DNA of 63,757 nucleotides, counting the filler, from an uncultured bacterium (GTDB taxonomy: Bacteria; Latescibacterota; UBA2968), in the NCBI GenBank assembly GCA_964471275.1. It is 7 parts of 7 records of this genome, joined end to end, with 100 filler letters (N's around TTAATTAATTAA, not from the genome) between each part and the next. Parts side by side here need not be neighbours in the genome. Positions count along the whole stretch, not along the records: positions 19,481 to 28,916 come from CAYYGZ010000183.1; positions 29,017 to 38,439 come from CAYYGZ010000184.1; 5 more parts are not named here. The stretch is one strand, 5' to 3'. The translations under genes were made by a program, and so were the position numbers. Below are positions 19,820 to 29,017 of the stretch, piece by piece (position 1 is the stretch's first letter; every line of letters starts with the position of its first letter). The notes under the pieces were generated by a model. It was not told where the DNA came from, searched no databases, and saw only the letters and a list, made by a program, of their open reading frames with translations.

Positions 19820-19892
19820 CAGGTACGGTGCAGAGTCACAGAGCTGGGTGAATGGTGTCAGATGGACGAGCTGGTTGAAGCGAACAAGCAGG

Positions 19893-20597
19893 ATGTTGAC
19901 GAGAGATTGAGGAGTGGGGTCTGAATGCGTGGCCAGCTCTCCGTCGTGTCTTTCTGGACGGATGGATCCTCGGACTGTCGGAGGGCTACACGCGGCGAGC
20001 CAATTCAGTGAACCCGATCTACGGGGGATCCGTGAGGCGCCAGCCAAGATCCCTGTCTGCGAACAGACCTACACGGACCACGGGCTGGCTACTGTCTTCA
20101 AGATCACGCCTCACGCACTCGAGTTGGGTCTGGATGACTTGCTCGCGCGTTGGAGATACGAAAAAAGGGCGACAACCAGAGTCCAAATTCTTAACTTAAA
20201 TGTTGCTCTGGAATTGGCAGATGAGGACATCGAAGTGCTGGATGAACTCGATGAGACCTGGATGTCCAACTACAGTCATCTCAAGCGGATGAACGAACGT
20301 GAGGCCCTGAAGAACCAGACGATTCTGGATCGGATCGGGCTTCCCAAGCGGTTTGTGTCGATCCTCCAGGATGATCGGAGAGTGGTTTCGGGCATCGCTG
20401 TAGTCGAGTCGGGATGTTCGGGATTGTGACGGATCCTGAGATGCGGCGCAGGGGGATCGGGCGGCGATTGACCCGTGGGCTTGCGGCAACAGGAGCAAGC
20501 ATGGCGTATCTCCAGGTGGAGGAAGACAACACGCGCGCCCTCAAGCTCTACGCATCGCTCGGGTTTAGTGAGGTCTACACATAACTGGTACCGATAG
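19893..20597 (+). pseudogene. GNAT-family N-acetyltransferase pseudogene
   Basis: Fragments in different frames: LNAWPALRRVFLDGWILGLSEGYTRRANSVNP; VFKITP; VTDPEMRRRGIGRR...AYLQVEEDNTRALKLYASLGFSEVYT; several frameshifts. Confidence 0.8.
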
Positions 20598-20667
20598 AAG
20601 CTGTAATCCAGGATGTGCATGGGATCAGGCTCCAGTAGCCTGAAGACGAGAATTCAGGAGAGGCGAT

Positions 20668-21765
20668 ATGGCAGGGTTCAACGGGTTGGGCATGGACATG
20701 GGGAATCTGAGTCGGCTGTCGAATGCGGTCACTCGGTCGATCAGTCCGGAGAACTTCACAGGTGAGAAGGGCAAAGGCGGAATGGCCACCGAAGGAACGG
20801 GCGCGGGACCGGCACGGGATCTCGGGCAGGGCTGGAAGATATCACCGTCAGTCCGTGTGCAACCGGGCGAGGCTTTCGAGATGGCCGATATCCAGGGTCA
20901 GGGCGCCTTACAACAGATCTGGCTCACACCCACGGGCCATTGGCGATTCAGCATCCTTCGAATCTATTGGGATGACAGCGATATTCCCGCAGTCGAGTGT
21001 CCAGTTGGGGACTTCTTTGCCTGTGGCTGGCAGCGTTACGCGCAGGTGTCGTCGCTTGCCGTTTGTGTGAACCCCGGAAATGCCTTCAACTGCTACTGGG
21101 AGATGCCTTTCAGAAAGCGAGCTCGGATCACGCTGACCAACATTGCCGAAGATCCGATGACGCTTTACTACCAGATCAACTACACGCTGACCGATGTGCC
21201 GGAAGACTGTGCATACTTTCACGCGCAATTCAGACGTACAAACCCGCTTCTCTACAAGGATGTGTACACGATCCTGGACGGTGTGGAGGGCAAGGGTCAC
21301 TACGTCGGGACCTATATGGCCTGGCAGGTGAACAATTCGCAATGGTGGGGCGAGGGTGAGATCAAGTTCTTCATGGACGGGGATTCCGACTTTGCGACAA
21401 TCGTTGGTACCGGAACTGAGGACTATTTCTGCGGTTCGTACAATTTCGATCTCGGAAAGGAGCGCGGTGGGTATTGCGAATTCACAACGCCCTATGCCGG
21501 GCTGCCGCAGGTGATACGACCGGACGGCCTGTATGATGCCCAGCAGCGATTCGGTCTGTATCGCTGGCACGTCCCGGATCCGATCCGGTTCGAAGAGGAT
21601 CTGAGCGTTACGATCCAGGCGCTCGGGTGGCGGAACCGCGCCAGCGAGGGCCGACGCTATCTTCCGCTGCAGGACGATATCGCTTCGGTAGCCTTCTGGT
21701 ATCAGACGCTGCCGACGTCACCGTTCCCTGAACTGCCGGACAGAGACTACCTCGAGGTTATCTAG
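20668..21765 (+). CDS. DUF2961 / glycoside hydrolase family 172 protein
   Basis: RSISPENFTGEKGKGG, PVGDFF, NCYWEMPF, WWGEGEIKFFMDGD, GTGTEDYF, YRWH..DPIRF, SVAFWYQ. Confidence 0.88.
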   Translation: MAGFNGLGMDMGNLSRLSNAVTRSISPENFTGEKGKGGMATEGTGAGPARDLGQGWKISPSVRVQPGEAFEMADIQGQGALQQIWLTPTGHWRFSILRIYWDDSDIPAVECPVGDFFACGWQRYAQVSSLAVCVNPGNAFNCYWEMPFRKRARITLTNIAEDPMTLYYQINYTLTDVPEDCAYFHAQFRRTNPLLYKDVYTILDGVEGKGHYVGTYMAWQVNNSQWWGEGEIKFFMDGDSDFATIVGTGTEDYFCGSYNFDLGKERGGYCEFTTPYAGLPQVIRPDGLYDAQQRFGLYRWHVPDPIRFEEDLSVTIQALGWRNRASEGRRYLPLQDDIASVAFWYQTLPTSPFPELPDRDYLEVI

Positions 21766-21862
21766 GGTCGAGATTCAGCAAAGCACAGAGGCGGCGGTGC
21801 AAAGCAGAAGGCGAGTCGATTGCGCCGAACGCAGCGCGCTGGACGCTTCAACAAGAGAATTC

Positions 21863-22747
21863 ATGGAAAAAATCATTGAGAAAGCCGCAACGCTGGTAGA
21901 GGCGTTTCCGTATATCCGGTCGTTTCGAGACAAGGTCATTGTCGTCAAATACGGCGGGAGCACCCAGCCTGATGAGGGTGGATCGGAGACCGTGCTCTCG
22001 GATCTCGTGTTTATGGAAACCGTCGGAATGCGGCCCGTCGTCATTCACGGGGGCGGGAAGGAGATCAACCGACAGCTAGAAGCGGAAGGTGTGCGGTCTC
22101 AGTGGGTGAACGGTCTGCGTGTGACCGATGAAGAGACGATGCGTGTCGTTGAGGAGACACTTTTCGGGATTGTGAATCGTCGCATCGTTGAAGGGATCGA
22201 GCAGCTTGGAGGAAGTGCGAGGGGCATGTCGGCCAAGGATGCCGAGATTATGCGCGTCACGCAGCACTTTGCGGAGATGGAGGAAGACGGGGAGACAAAG
22301 CAGGTTGATATCGGCTTTGTCGGCGATGTGGAAAGCATCGACCCCGAACCTATCCGACGTGCCTGCGAGGGCGAGACGATACCCGTGATCACGCCGATCG
22401 GTCTGGGTAAGGACGGAAGCAGCTACAACGTCAATGCGGATACCGCGGCGGGAGAGATCGCCCGAGCACTCCAGGCGGAGAAGCTGGTTTTCCTGACGGA
22501 CGTGAATGGTATCTGTCGGGATACCTCCGATCCGTCCTCACGGATATCGACACTGCACGTGAACGACATCGAATCCCTGCTCGACGACGAGACGATCAAG
22601 GGCGGCATGATTCCGAAGGTCCGTGCGGGCGAACGAAGCGTGAAGGGCGGTGTCACGAAGACACACATTATCGACGGTCGCATTCCCCATTCGCAATTGC
22701 TTGAGATGTTTACGAGAGAAGGAATCGGGACGGAGATCGTGCAGTAA
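21863..22747 (+). CDS. argB: Acetylglutamate kinase
   Basis: VVKYGG, HGGG, GLRVTD, DIGFVG, NVNADTAA, LTDV.G, GGMIPK, IIDGR. Confidence 0.95.
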   Translation: MEKIIEKAATLVEAFPYIRSFRDKVIVVKYGGSTQPDEGGSETVLSDLVFMETVGMRPVVIHGGGKEINRQLEAEGVRSQWVNGLRVTDEETMRVVEETLFGIVNRRIVEGIEQLGGSARGMSAKDAEIMRVTQHFAEMEEDGETKQVDIGFVGDVESIDPEPIRRACEGETIPVITPIGLGKDGSSYNVNADTAAGEIARALQAEKLVFLTDVNGICRDTSDPSSRISTLHVNDIESLLDDETIKGGMIPKVRAGERSVKGGVTKTHIIDGRIPHSQLLEMFTREGIGTEIVQ

Positions 22748-22824
22748 GATCCTTCCCGGCGCCCGGAAGCTGTCGTCACCTCCTTCCTGAGAGAGGGGGA
22801 GGCATGCTATTGAAAGGATCATTG

Positions 22825-24024
22825 ATGACAACGCAAGAGACGATTGATCTGGAGCAGAAGTACATCCTGCAGACCTACGGCCGGCCCAACTTTGTGCTGG
22901 AACGAGGCGAGGGGATGCATCTGTTCGATACGGAAGGGAAGAAGTATCTGGACTTTGTGAGTGGTCTGTCGGTCAATGCGCTGGGCTACGGGAATAAGAT
23001 GATCAGCGACACTGCGGCCGCGCAGACGGAACAGCTGATCCACGTATCGAACCTGTATCATACGATTCCGGCGCCGCAGCTTGCGCAATTGCTGTGCGAG
23101 AATTCGTTTGCCGATCGCGTGTTCTTCTGCAACAGTGGGACCGAATCGTGGGAAGCGGCGATGAAGTTCGCGCGCAAGTATGCGTTCAAGAAAAACCTCG
23201 ACAATCCGAAGTCGAAGTTCATCGCGATGAACCAGTCCTTCCACGGGCGAACATACGGTTCGATTTCTGCGACGGGTCAGCCGAAGTACCACCAGGGCTT
23301 TGGTCCGATGCTGCCCGGGATCGGTTTTGCTGACCTGAACGATCTGGAATCGGTCGAGAAGTTGGTGGACTCCGAGACGGCTGCCATCATGGTCGAGCCG
23401 CTCCAGGCAGAAGGGGGCATACACCCGTCGGATGTCGCGTTTCTCGCGGGATTGCGCGAGATGTGCGATGAGATGGGTATGCTGCTCGTGTTTGACGAGA
23501 TCCAATGTGGTCTGAGTCGGACGGGGACGCTCTGGTGTTACGAGCAGTATGGTGTGACGCCTGACATTATGACGCTTGCCAAACCTCTTGCAGGTGGATT
23601 CCCGATCGGCGCGACTTTGATGACACAGAAAGTGGCCGACGCAATCGATCCTGGTGATCACGCGGCGACCTTTGGTGCTCATCCCGTTTCGTGCGCTATC
23701 GCGATCGAGGTCTTCAAAACGCTGTCAGATCCGGTGTTTATCGCTCAGGTGAAAGCGAATGGTGAATACCTGGTGTCCAGGCTGGAGGAAGTTCGGGAGA
23801 GGCACGGAGACAGGGTGAAGGGGGTCAGGGGACGAGGGCTGATCGTCGGGGCGGTGCTGAACGACGCGACGGCGGCCGATGTCATGACCGAGATTCGCGA
23901 ACAGAGCGACGTGATCGTGTGTGTGGCGGGACCCGATGTGGTGCGCTTCCTGCCACCGTTGATCGTCGAGACGTCACACATTGATGAAGCCGTTGCGGCA
24001 TTTGAGGCTGCGATCTCAGGTTAG
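22825..24024 (+). CDS. argD: Acetylornithine aminotransferase
   Basis: YLDFVSG, HVSNLY, NSGTE, SFHGRT, DEIQCGL.RTG, PDIMTLAK.LAGG, VRFLPPL; arg operon context. Confidence 0.92.
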   Translation: MTTQETIDLEQKYILQTYGRPNFVLERGEGMHLFDTEGKKYLDFVSGLSVNALGYGNKMISDTAAAQTEQLIHVSNLYHTIPAPQLAQLLCENSFADRVFFCNSGTESWEAAMKFARKYAFKKNLDNPKSKFIAMNQSFHGRTYGSISATGQPKYHQGFGPMLPGIGFADLNDLESVEKLVDSETAAIMVEPLQAEGGIHPSDVAFLAGLREMCDEMGMLLVFDEIQCGLSRTGTLWCYEQYGVTPDIMTLAKPLAGGFPIGATLMTQKVADAIDPGDHAATFGAHPVSCAIAIEVFKTLSDPVFIAQVKANGEYLVSRLEEVRERHGDRVKGVRGRGLIVGAVLNDATAADVMTEIREQSDVIVCVAGPDVVRFLPPLIVETSHIDEAVAAFEAAISG

Positions 24025-24100
24025 CACGATTGAACGTGCGACCAGGTCACCTTGAGTGGAATCGAGTGGGCCGGGGTCACCCAAACAGAAGAGACATTGA

Positions 24101-25360
24101 ATGAACGTAGACGATATCAAAGGGAAGACCATCGCGCTGGCGTCGTCCGGGGGATTGGACAGTTGCACCGTAACGCGATGGCTGACAGATCAGGATGTCA
24201 AGGTCTTGAGTATTGCGGCTGACATTGGTCAGCCGGACGAGACGAATATCGAGGATGTCAAGACGCGCATGATGGCATCCGGGGCGATCGATGCCGTGCT
24301 CGTCGATTTGAAGGAGGAACTCGCAGAAACCGCCGTGACACTGCTGATTGCGGGTGCTCGGTATGAGGGTGGGTATTGGAACACGACGGGGATTGCGAGG
24401 CACGTGACGACACACGGCCTTCTGAGAGAGATGAAGAACCACAACGTGGATGTCCTTGCTCATGGCGCAACGGGGCGTGGCAACGATCAGGTTCGCTTCC
24501 AGCTGGTGGCGAACATGCTGGACCCGAAGGTCGGTGTGTATGCACCTTGGCGTGATGACGCATTTCTGGCGCATTTTGGCGGTCGTCGCGAGATGATCGC
24601 ATATTGTGAAGCGAAGGGCATTCCGATCACGGCCACGCAGGACAAGCCCTACTCGACGGACGCGAACTTCCTGGGTTTGACGCACGAGGCAGGGAAGCTC
24701 GAATATCTGGATGTGGCGTCCGATTTTATCGATCCCGGTATGGGTGTCTTCCCGAAGGACGCTCCCGATGTTGAGGAGTTGTTCACGGTTCGGCTGGAAA
24801 AGGGGCGTCCGGTCGAGGTGAACGGTGAGAGCATCGACGCGCTGAACGCCCTGCTGAAGGCCAACGAGATCGGCGGGCGCAACGGCATCGGAATCGGTAT
24901 TCACGCCGTGGAAAATCGCTTTGTAGGGATCAAGTCGCGGGGTGTCTACGAAAGCCCGGGGTTGAGTCTCCTCTGGGAATGCTACGAGCTGATCCTGCAG
25001 CAGGTTCTGGACCGGCGTGCGAGGCGATTCTACGATCGGAATTCGCTCGCGCTTGCGGAACAGATCTATCAGGGGTATTACTATGATCTGGCTTCACAGA
25101 TGATGTGTCAGTCTCTTCAGCCGGTCGCGAATCTGCTATCAGGTACGGTATCGGTCAGACTCTACAAGGGAACCGTGACTTTCGCGTCGTCGGAGAACGT
25201 CCCCCATTCGCTGTACTCGGAGGAGACTGCCTCGATGGAGGCGATCGGTGATTACGATCATCGGGATTCCGAGGGTTTTGTGAATGTACTCGGTGTGGGT
25301 GCGCGAGCGGATCATACATCGGGCCAGATAGAACCATCGCTTCTGAAAGGTCTGATCTAG
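24101..25360 (+). CDS. argG: Argininosuccinate synthase
   Basis: SGGLDS, HGATGRGNDQVRF, YSTDAN, E.G.LE, ENRFVGIKSRGVYESPG. Confidence 0.95.
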   Translation: MNVDDIKGKTIALASSGGLDSCTVTRWLTDQDVKVLSIAADIGQPDETNIEDVKTRMMASGAIDAVLVDLKEELAETAVTLLIAGARYEGGYWNTTGIARHVTTHGLLREMKNHNVDVLAHGATGRGNDQVRFQLVANMLDPKVGVYAPWRDDAFLAHFGGRREMIAYCEAKGIPITATQDKPYSTDANFLGLTHEAGKLEYLDVASDFIDPGMGVFPKDAPDVEELFTVRLEKGRPVEVNGESIDALNALLKANEIGGRNGIGIGIHAVENRFVGIKSRGVYESPGLSLLWECYELILQQVLDRRARRFYDRNSLALAEQIYQGYYYDLASQMMCQSLQPVANLLSGTVSVRLYKGTVTFASSENVPHSLYSEETASMEAIGDYDHRDSEGFVNVLGVGARADHTSGQIEPSLLKGLI

Positions 25361-25369
25361 GAAAAACGT

Positions 25370-26764
25370 ATGGCTCATTCATCTGAGAAGCCCTGGGGAG
25401 GGCGATTCGACGGAGCAACCGACAAGCTGATGGAGAAGTTTAACGCATCCATTGGCTTCGATCGGAGACTCTTCCGGGCTGACATAGAAGGGAGCCGTGC
25501 TCAGGCACGGGCGCTTCTGCGCGCAGAGATCCTGACGTCGGATGAGTGTGAGTGTGTGCTGGCCGGACTGGATCAGGTGGAAGCCGAGATCGAAGCCGAC
25601 AAGCTTCCGCTGACGGATGATCTCGAAGACATTCACATGGCTGTCGAGAAGCGTCTGACCGAAATCGTTGGTCCTGTTGGCGGAAAGATTCACACGGGTC
25701 GCAGCCGGAACGATCAGGTTGCCCTGGACGAACGTCTGTTTCTGAGGGAGGCAGTGGCCCGCACACTCGATCGCGTCTCGCATCTCCAGGCCGTGCTACT
25801 GGATTCGGCCGAAGGACAGATTGACACCGTGTTGCCCGGGTATACGCATCTGCAACAGGCCCAGCCGCTGTTGTTCTCTCACTATGTTATGTCCCTGTTC
25901 TGGATGCTCGATCGGGACTGGGGACGGTTTCACGACTGTGGAGCGCGGGCGGACGCCATGCCACTTGGCTCTGGGGCATTGGCAGGCAGTGCGTTCCCCG
26001 TCGATCGTGATTTTCTTGCCGAACAGCTGGGCTTCGATCGGGTGACGCCCAACAGTATCGACGCGGTAAGCGATCGGGATTGCCTGATCGAGTTCACTTC
26101 CGCCGCCGCGATCCTGATGTCGCATCTGAGTAGGTTCTGTGAGGATCTGATCATCTGGTCCTCATCTGAATTCGCCTTTGTCGAGCTGGACGATGCGTTC
26201 AGTACAGGCTCCAGCATGATGCCCCAGAAGAAGAATCCAGATTCGCTGGAACTCGTTCGTGGGAAGACTGGACGCGTTTATGGAAATCTGATCACACTCT
26301 TGACGGTCATGAAAGGCATCCCGCTGACCTACGCCAAGGATATGCAGGAAGACAAAGAGCCGTTGTTTGACACGATCGACACTCTCTGGATGTCACTCGA
26401 CGTGTTTGCGGGTGTCTGGGATTCGATGCAACTCAACGCGGATCGGGCTGCCGCCGCCCTGGACGGTACGATTCTTGCCACCGATCTTGCCGATTACTTG
26501 ACACGCAAAGGAGTGCCTTTTCGAGATTGTCATCATATCGTCGGCGGTCTGGTGCGAAAGACGATCCAGGACGGTGTCCGGCTTGAGTCTCTGTCCATGG
26601 AGGAACTGAGGGCGGCTTCCGACGTGTTCGATGAGGATGTCCGGAAGGTGCTGAGCTACACGGCGAGCACCGATGCACGTGATGTCGACGGCGGCACGTC
26701 AAGACGGTCTGTGAAGGCTCAAATTTCGGCGGGGCGACGGATTCTGCGAAAGCGAGGGGCGTAG
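25370..26764 (+). CDS. argH: Argininosuccinate lyase
   Basis: WGGRF, EDIH, HTGRSRNDQ, PGYTHLQ.AQP, STGSSMMPQKKNPD, D.QEDK. Confidence 0.97.
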   Translation: MAHSSEKPWGGRFDGATDKLMEKFNASIGFDRRLFRADIEGSRAQARALLRAEILTSDECECVLAGLDQVEAEIEADKLPLTDDLEDIHMAVEKRLTEIVGPVGGKIHTGRSRNDQVALDERLFLREAVARTLDRVSHLQAVLLDSAEGQIDTVLPGYTHLQQAQPLLFSHYVMSLFWMLDRDWGRFHDCGARADAMPLGSGALAGSAFPVDRDFLAEQLGFDRVTPNSIDAVSDRDCLIEFTSAAAILMSHLSRFCEDLIIWSSSEFAFVELDDAFSTGSSMMPQKKNPDSLELVRGKTGRVYGNLITLLTVMKGIPLTYAKDMQEDKEPLFDTIDTLWMSLDVFAGVWDSMQLNADRAAAALDGTILATDLADYLTRKGVPFRDCHHIVGGLVRKTIQDGVRLESLSMEELRAASDVFDEDVRKVLSYTASTDARDVDGGTSRRSVKAQISAGRRILRKRGA

Positions 26765-26772
26765 ACCAATCT

Positions 26773-27381
26773 TTGAGTCTATTCAAAGCGAAAGATGTTC
26801 GACGTTGCTATGACCTGCTTCAGCACGATACCGAGCTTGGTCTGACGCAGTTGAAGGCGATGGATACCGATCAGATCATCGGTACCGGACTGTTCGACAA
26901 CGAAGACGATTTTGTCGCTGAGTGTGGGCGCTACAACACACTGGGCGATCTCTATGTCGGGGTGAATCCACGTCCATTGCGTCTGCTGGATGAGTATGGG
27001 GGTCTGAAGAACCGGGTGAGGAGCCTGTTCGTCGACGTAACGACTGCCTCGGACATCGATCAGATCACGGGCGTTGCTGTCGGGGCCGGGGTTGTCCTTT
27101 CGGCTCGCGCGAGGGGTTTGCTCAGGGAGGCGTCAAGACTGCACGACAAGGAGGCGTTGTTTGCCTTCGGCTCTCCGCTTCCTGCAGGTAAATCCGAAGC
27201 GCTCAAGAAATGGGTAACGGATTCTGATTTCGACTACGCCATTGATCAGTATGTCCGTGTTCCCGGAACCGCCCTGCAGAATCGCGGCTTCCTCCGCCCC
27301 CGGGTCCGGTTCAGACAATATCGGCCCTATCAGCTTACCGAGATTTCAGATGCCATCGGCGAAGGTGCGCAAGGCCTTTGA
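26773..27381 (+). CDS. Hypothetical protein resembling a catalytically degenerate RepB/AEP primase domain
   Basis: G.FD....F......YN....YVGVNPRP, SDID and RVPGT motifs; no DxD or SGxGxH motif. Confidence 0.5.
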   Translation: MSLFKAKDVRRCYDLLQHDTELGLTQLKAMDTDQIIGTGLFDNEDDFVAECGRYNTLGDLYVGVNPRPLRLLDEYGGLKNRVRSLFVDVTTASDIDQITGVAVGAGVVLSARARGLLREASRLHDKEALFAFGSPLPAGKSEALKKWVTDSDFDYAIDQYVRVPGTALQNRGFLRPRVRFRQYRPYQLTEISDAIGEGAQGL

Positions 27382-28100
27382 CTCTCGACACCCCACACGA
27401 TGCGATAGACCACTTCACGAATCAGATCAAAGTATCGCCTCAGATCAGGCTTGTCGCAGTCGGGGGGCCGACTGCCGTCGGGAAATCCACACTGTCACGA
27501 GCGTTCCTCGGGGCCGCCCGTGACAGTGGCAGAGAGGCGTATGTGCTCGAGGGGGACCGGTTTCTCGTACCACAGAAGCTGAGACCCATTCCCGCATCCT
27601 TCCCAGGTGATGTCTACGAGGTCGAGCGCTTTCATTCTGCGGTGCACGCTCTCGCGGACCAGGGAATCTTCAGCGCGCCTTTCTACGAACGTGATGGCCG
27701 GCATACAGGTCGTCTGGCAGTCGGCACCGGGGATGATGAAGCAGAGATTCTCGATTTGTGTCGTATGCGTGCCAGTTCCAGGAAGAGCGAACTGAGCGTT
27801 CAGGATTCAGGTGAAGTCGTGGAACTGATCGAGCCGGCCGATGCGCTGTGGATTCTGGACTCCGAACTATCGCTCCTGTATGGAGACCTCCGCGGTCTGT
27901 ATGACCTGAGCTATGGGATTCGAGCCTCGCGGGCGCTGCGGCGGGCACACTTCCTGGGTGCTGTGGAGAGTGGTGAACGGTATCCGTATCTGACGCTGGA
28001 AGAGGCACAGGCGAAGATTGAGGGATTCTGGCAGACGGATGATACGCTGATCGAGCCTACGGTCAGCTTTGCGGATATACAGATCGTATTCAACACCTGA
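27378..28100 (+). CDS. P-loop kinase (uridine kinase/PRK-like, divergent)
   Basis: VAVGGPTAVGKST Walker A, EGDRF, P.Y, ILDS, ADI near the C-terminus; 4-nt overlap with the upstream gene. Confidence 0.65.
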   Translation: MTLDTPHDAIDHFTNQIKVSPQIRLVAVGGPTAVGKSTLSRAFLGAARDSGREAYVLEGDRFLVPQKLRPIPASFPGDVYEVERFHSAVHALADQGIFSAPFYERDGRHTGRLAVGTGDDEAEILDLCRMRASSRKSELSVQDSGEVVELIEPADALWILDSELSLLYGDLRGLYDLSYGIRASRALRRAHFLGAVESGERYPYLTLEEAQAKIEGFWQTDDTLIEPTVSFADIQIVFNT

Positions 28101-28199
28101 CAATCCTGAAACTGGGGACGGGTGCAGGCGTCTGCATGAGACGAGTTTCGGGTGAGTCCACCTTCAGGAAGCATTCTACAGAATAGGTAGGTCCGTATT

Positions 28200-28916
28200 T
28201 TGAGATGGATTCGGGTTACAGCCGCATTCACGGCCGCGCTGGTGCTTTGGAGTACGATCCTTGGTACCGGTGTCAGCTTCGCCGAATTGCCGGAGGAAAG
28301 CGAAGGTCAGGTTATCCGGACGATCGTGGGCCGTGACACCAACGGATGGGCCGTTATCGACATCCGAACAGTCACGGGTGAGGTCGTTATCCTGAGCCCG
28401 GAAGTGGGACGCGAGGTCGGTCTCGAGGAAGCGATCAAGCTGAGCATGTTCCAGGGCCCGAGCGAGTTCAACAGACGCGCGCCGATCCCGATCCTGGGAA
28501 CATCGGTTCCCGGTTTCCGAGAGGCCATTTTTATCAAGAGGCCCAGCGGGCGGTATGGGGTTCGCATCGAATTCAGTTCGGCTGACAAGATCAGGTTTCG
28601 GACGATTCGGCTGGAAGAGACCGACGTGAGCCGGATCCGGGAGTATGTGGAACATTTTGAGGAGATTCAGCGGGGTGAGTACAGAATCCACAAGCGGGAC
28701 ACGCAGATCGAAGAAGGTTCGGAGTATCCGAAGCTTACAGATGAGACGATTACTTTCGAGACACGTGTACCCCGGTTTGTCCTCACCAGTAGGATGGATG
28801 GAAGCCTGACCCTGAAGGATGGTCAGGAGTTAAAGGGGGAATTCGTGCCCCTGTATGACGAAGGGTCGATCCTGATTGAGTCCGACTTCCGGTCGCATAC
28901 AGTCCCCGTGGAGAAT
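28200..28916 (+). CDS. Hypothetical secreted protein, 3' truncated
   Basis: Signal peptide MRWIRVTAAFTAALVLWSTILGTGVSFA; open to the contig end. Confidence 0.6.
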
Positions 28917-29016
28917 NNNNNNNNNNNNNNNNNNNNNNNNNNNNNNNNNNNNNNNNNNNNTTAATTAATTAANNNNNNNNNNNNNNNNNNNNNNNNNNNN
29001 NNNNNNNNNNNNNNNN
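28917..29016. other. Artificial contig linker
   Basis: 44 N + TTAATTAATTAA + 44 N. Confidence 0.99.
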
Positions 29017-29017
29017 G

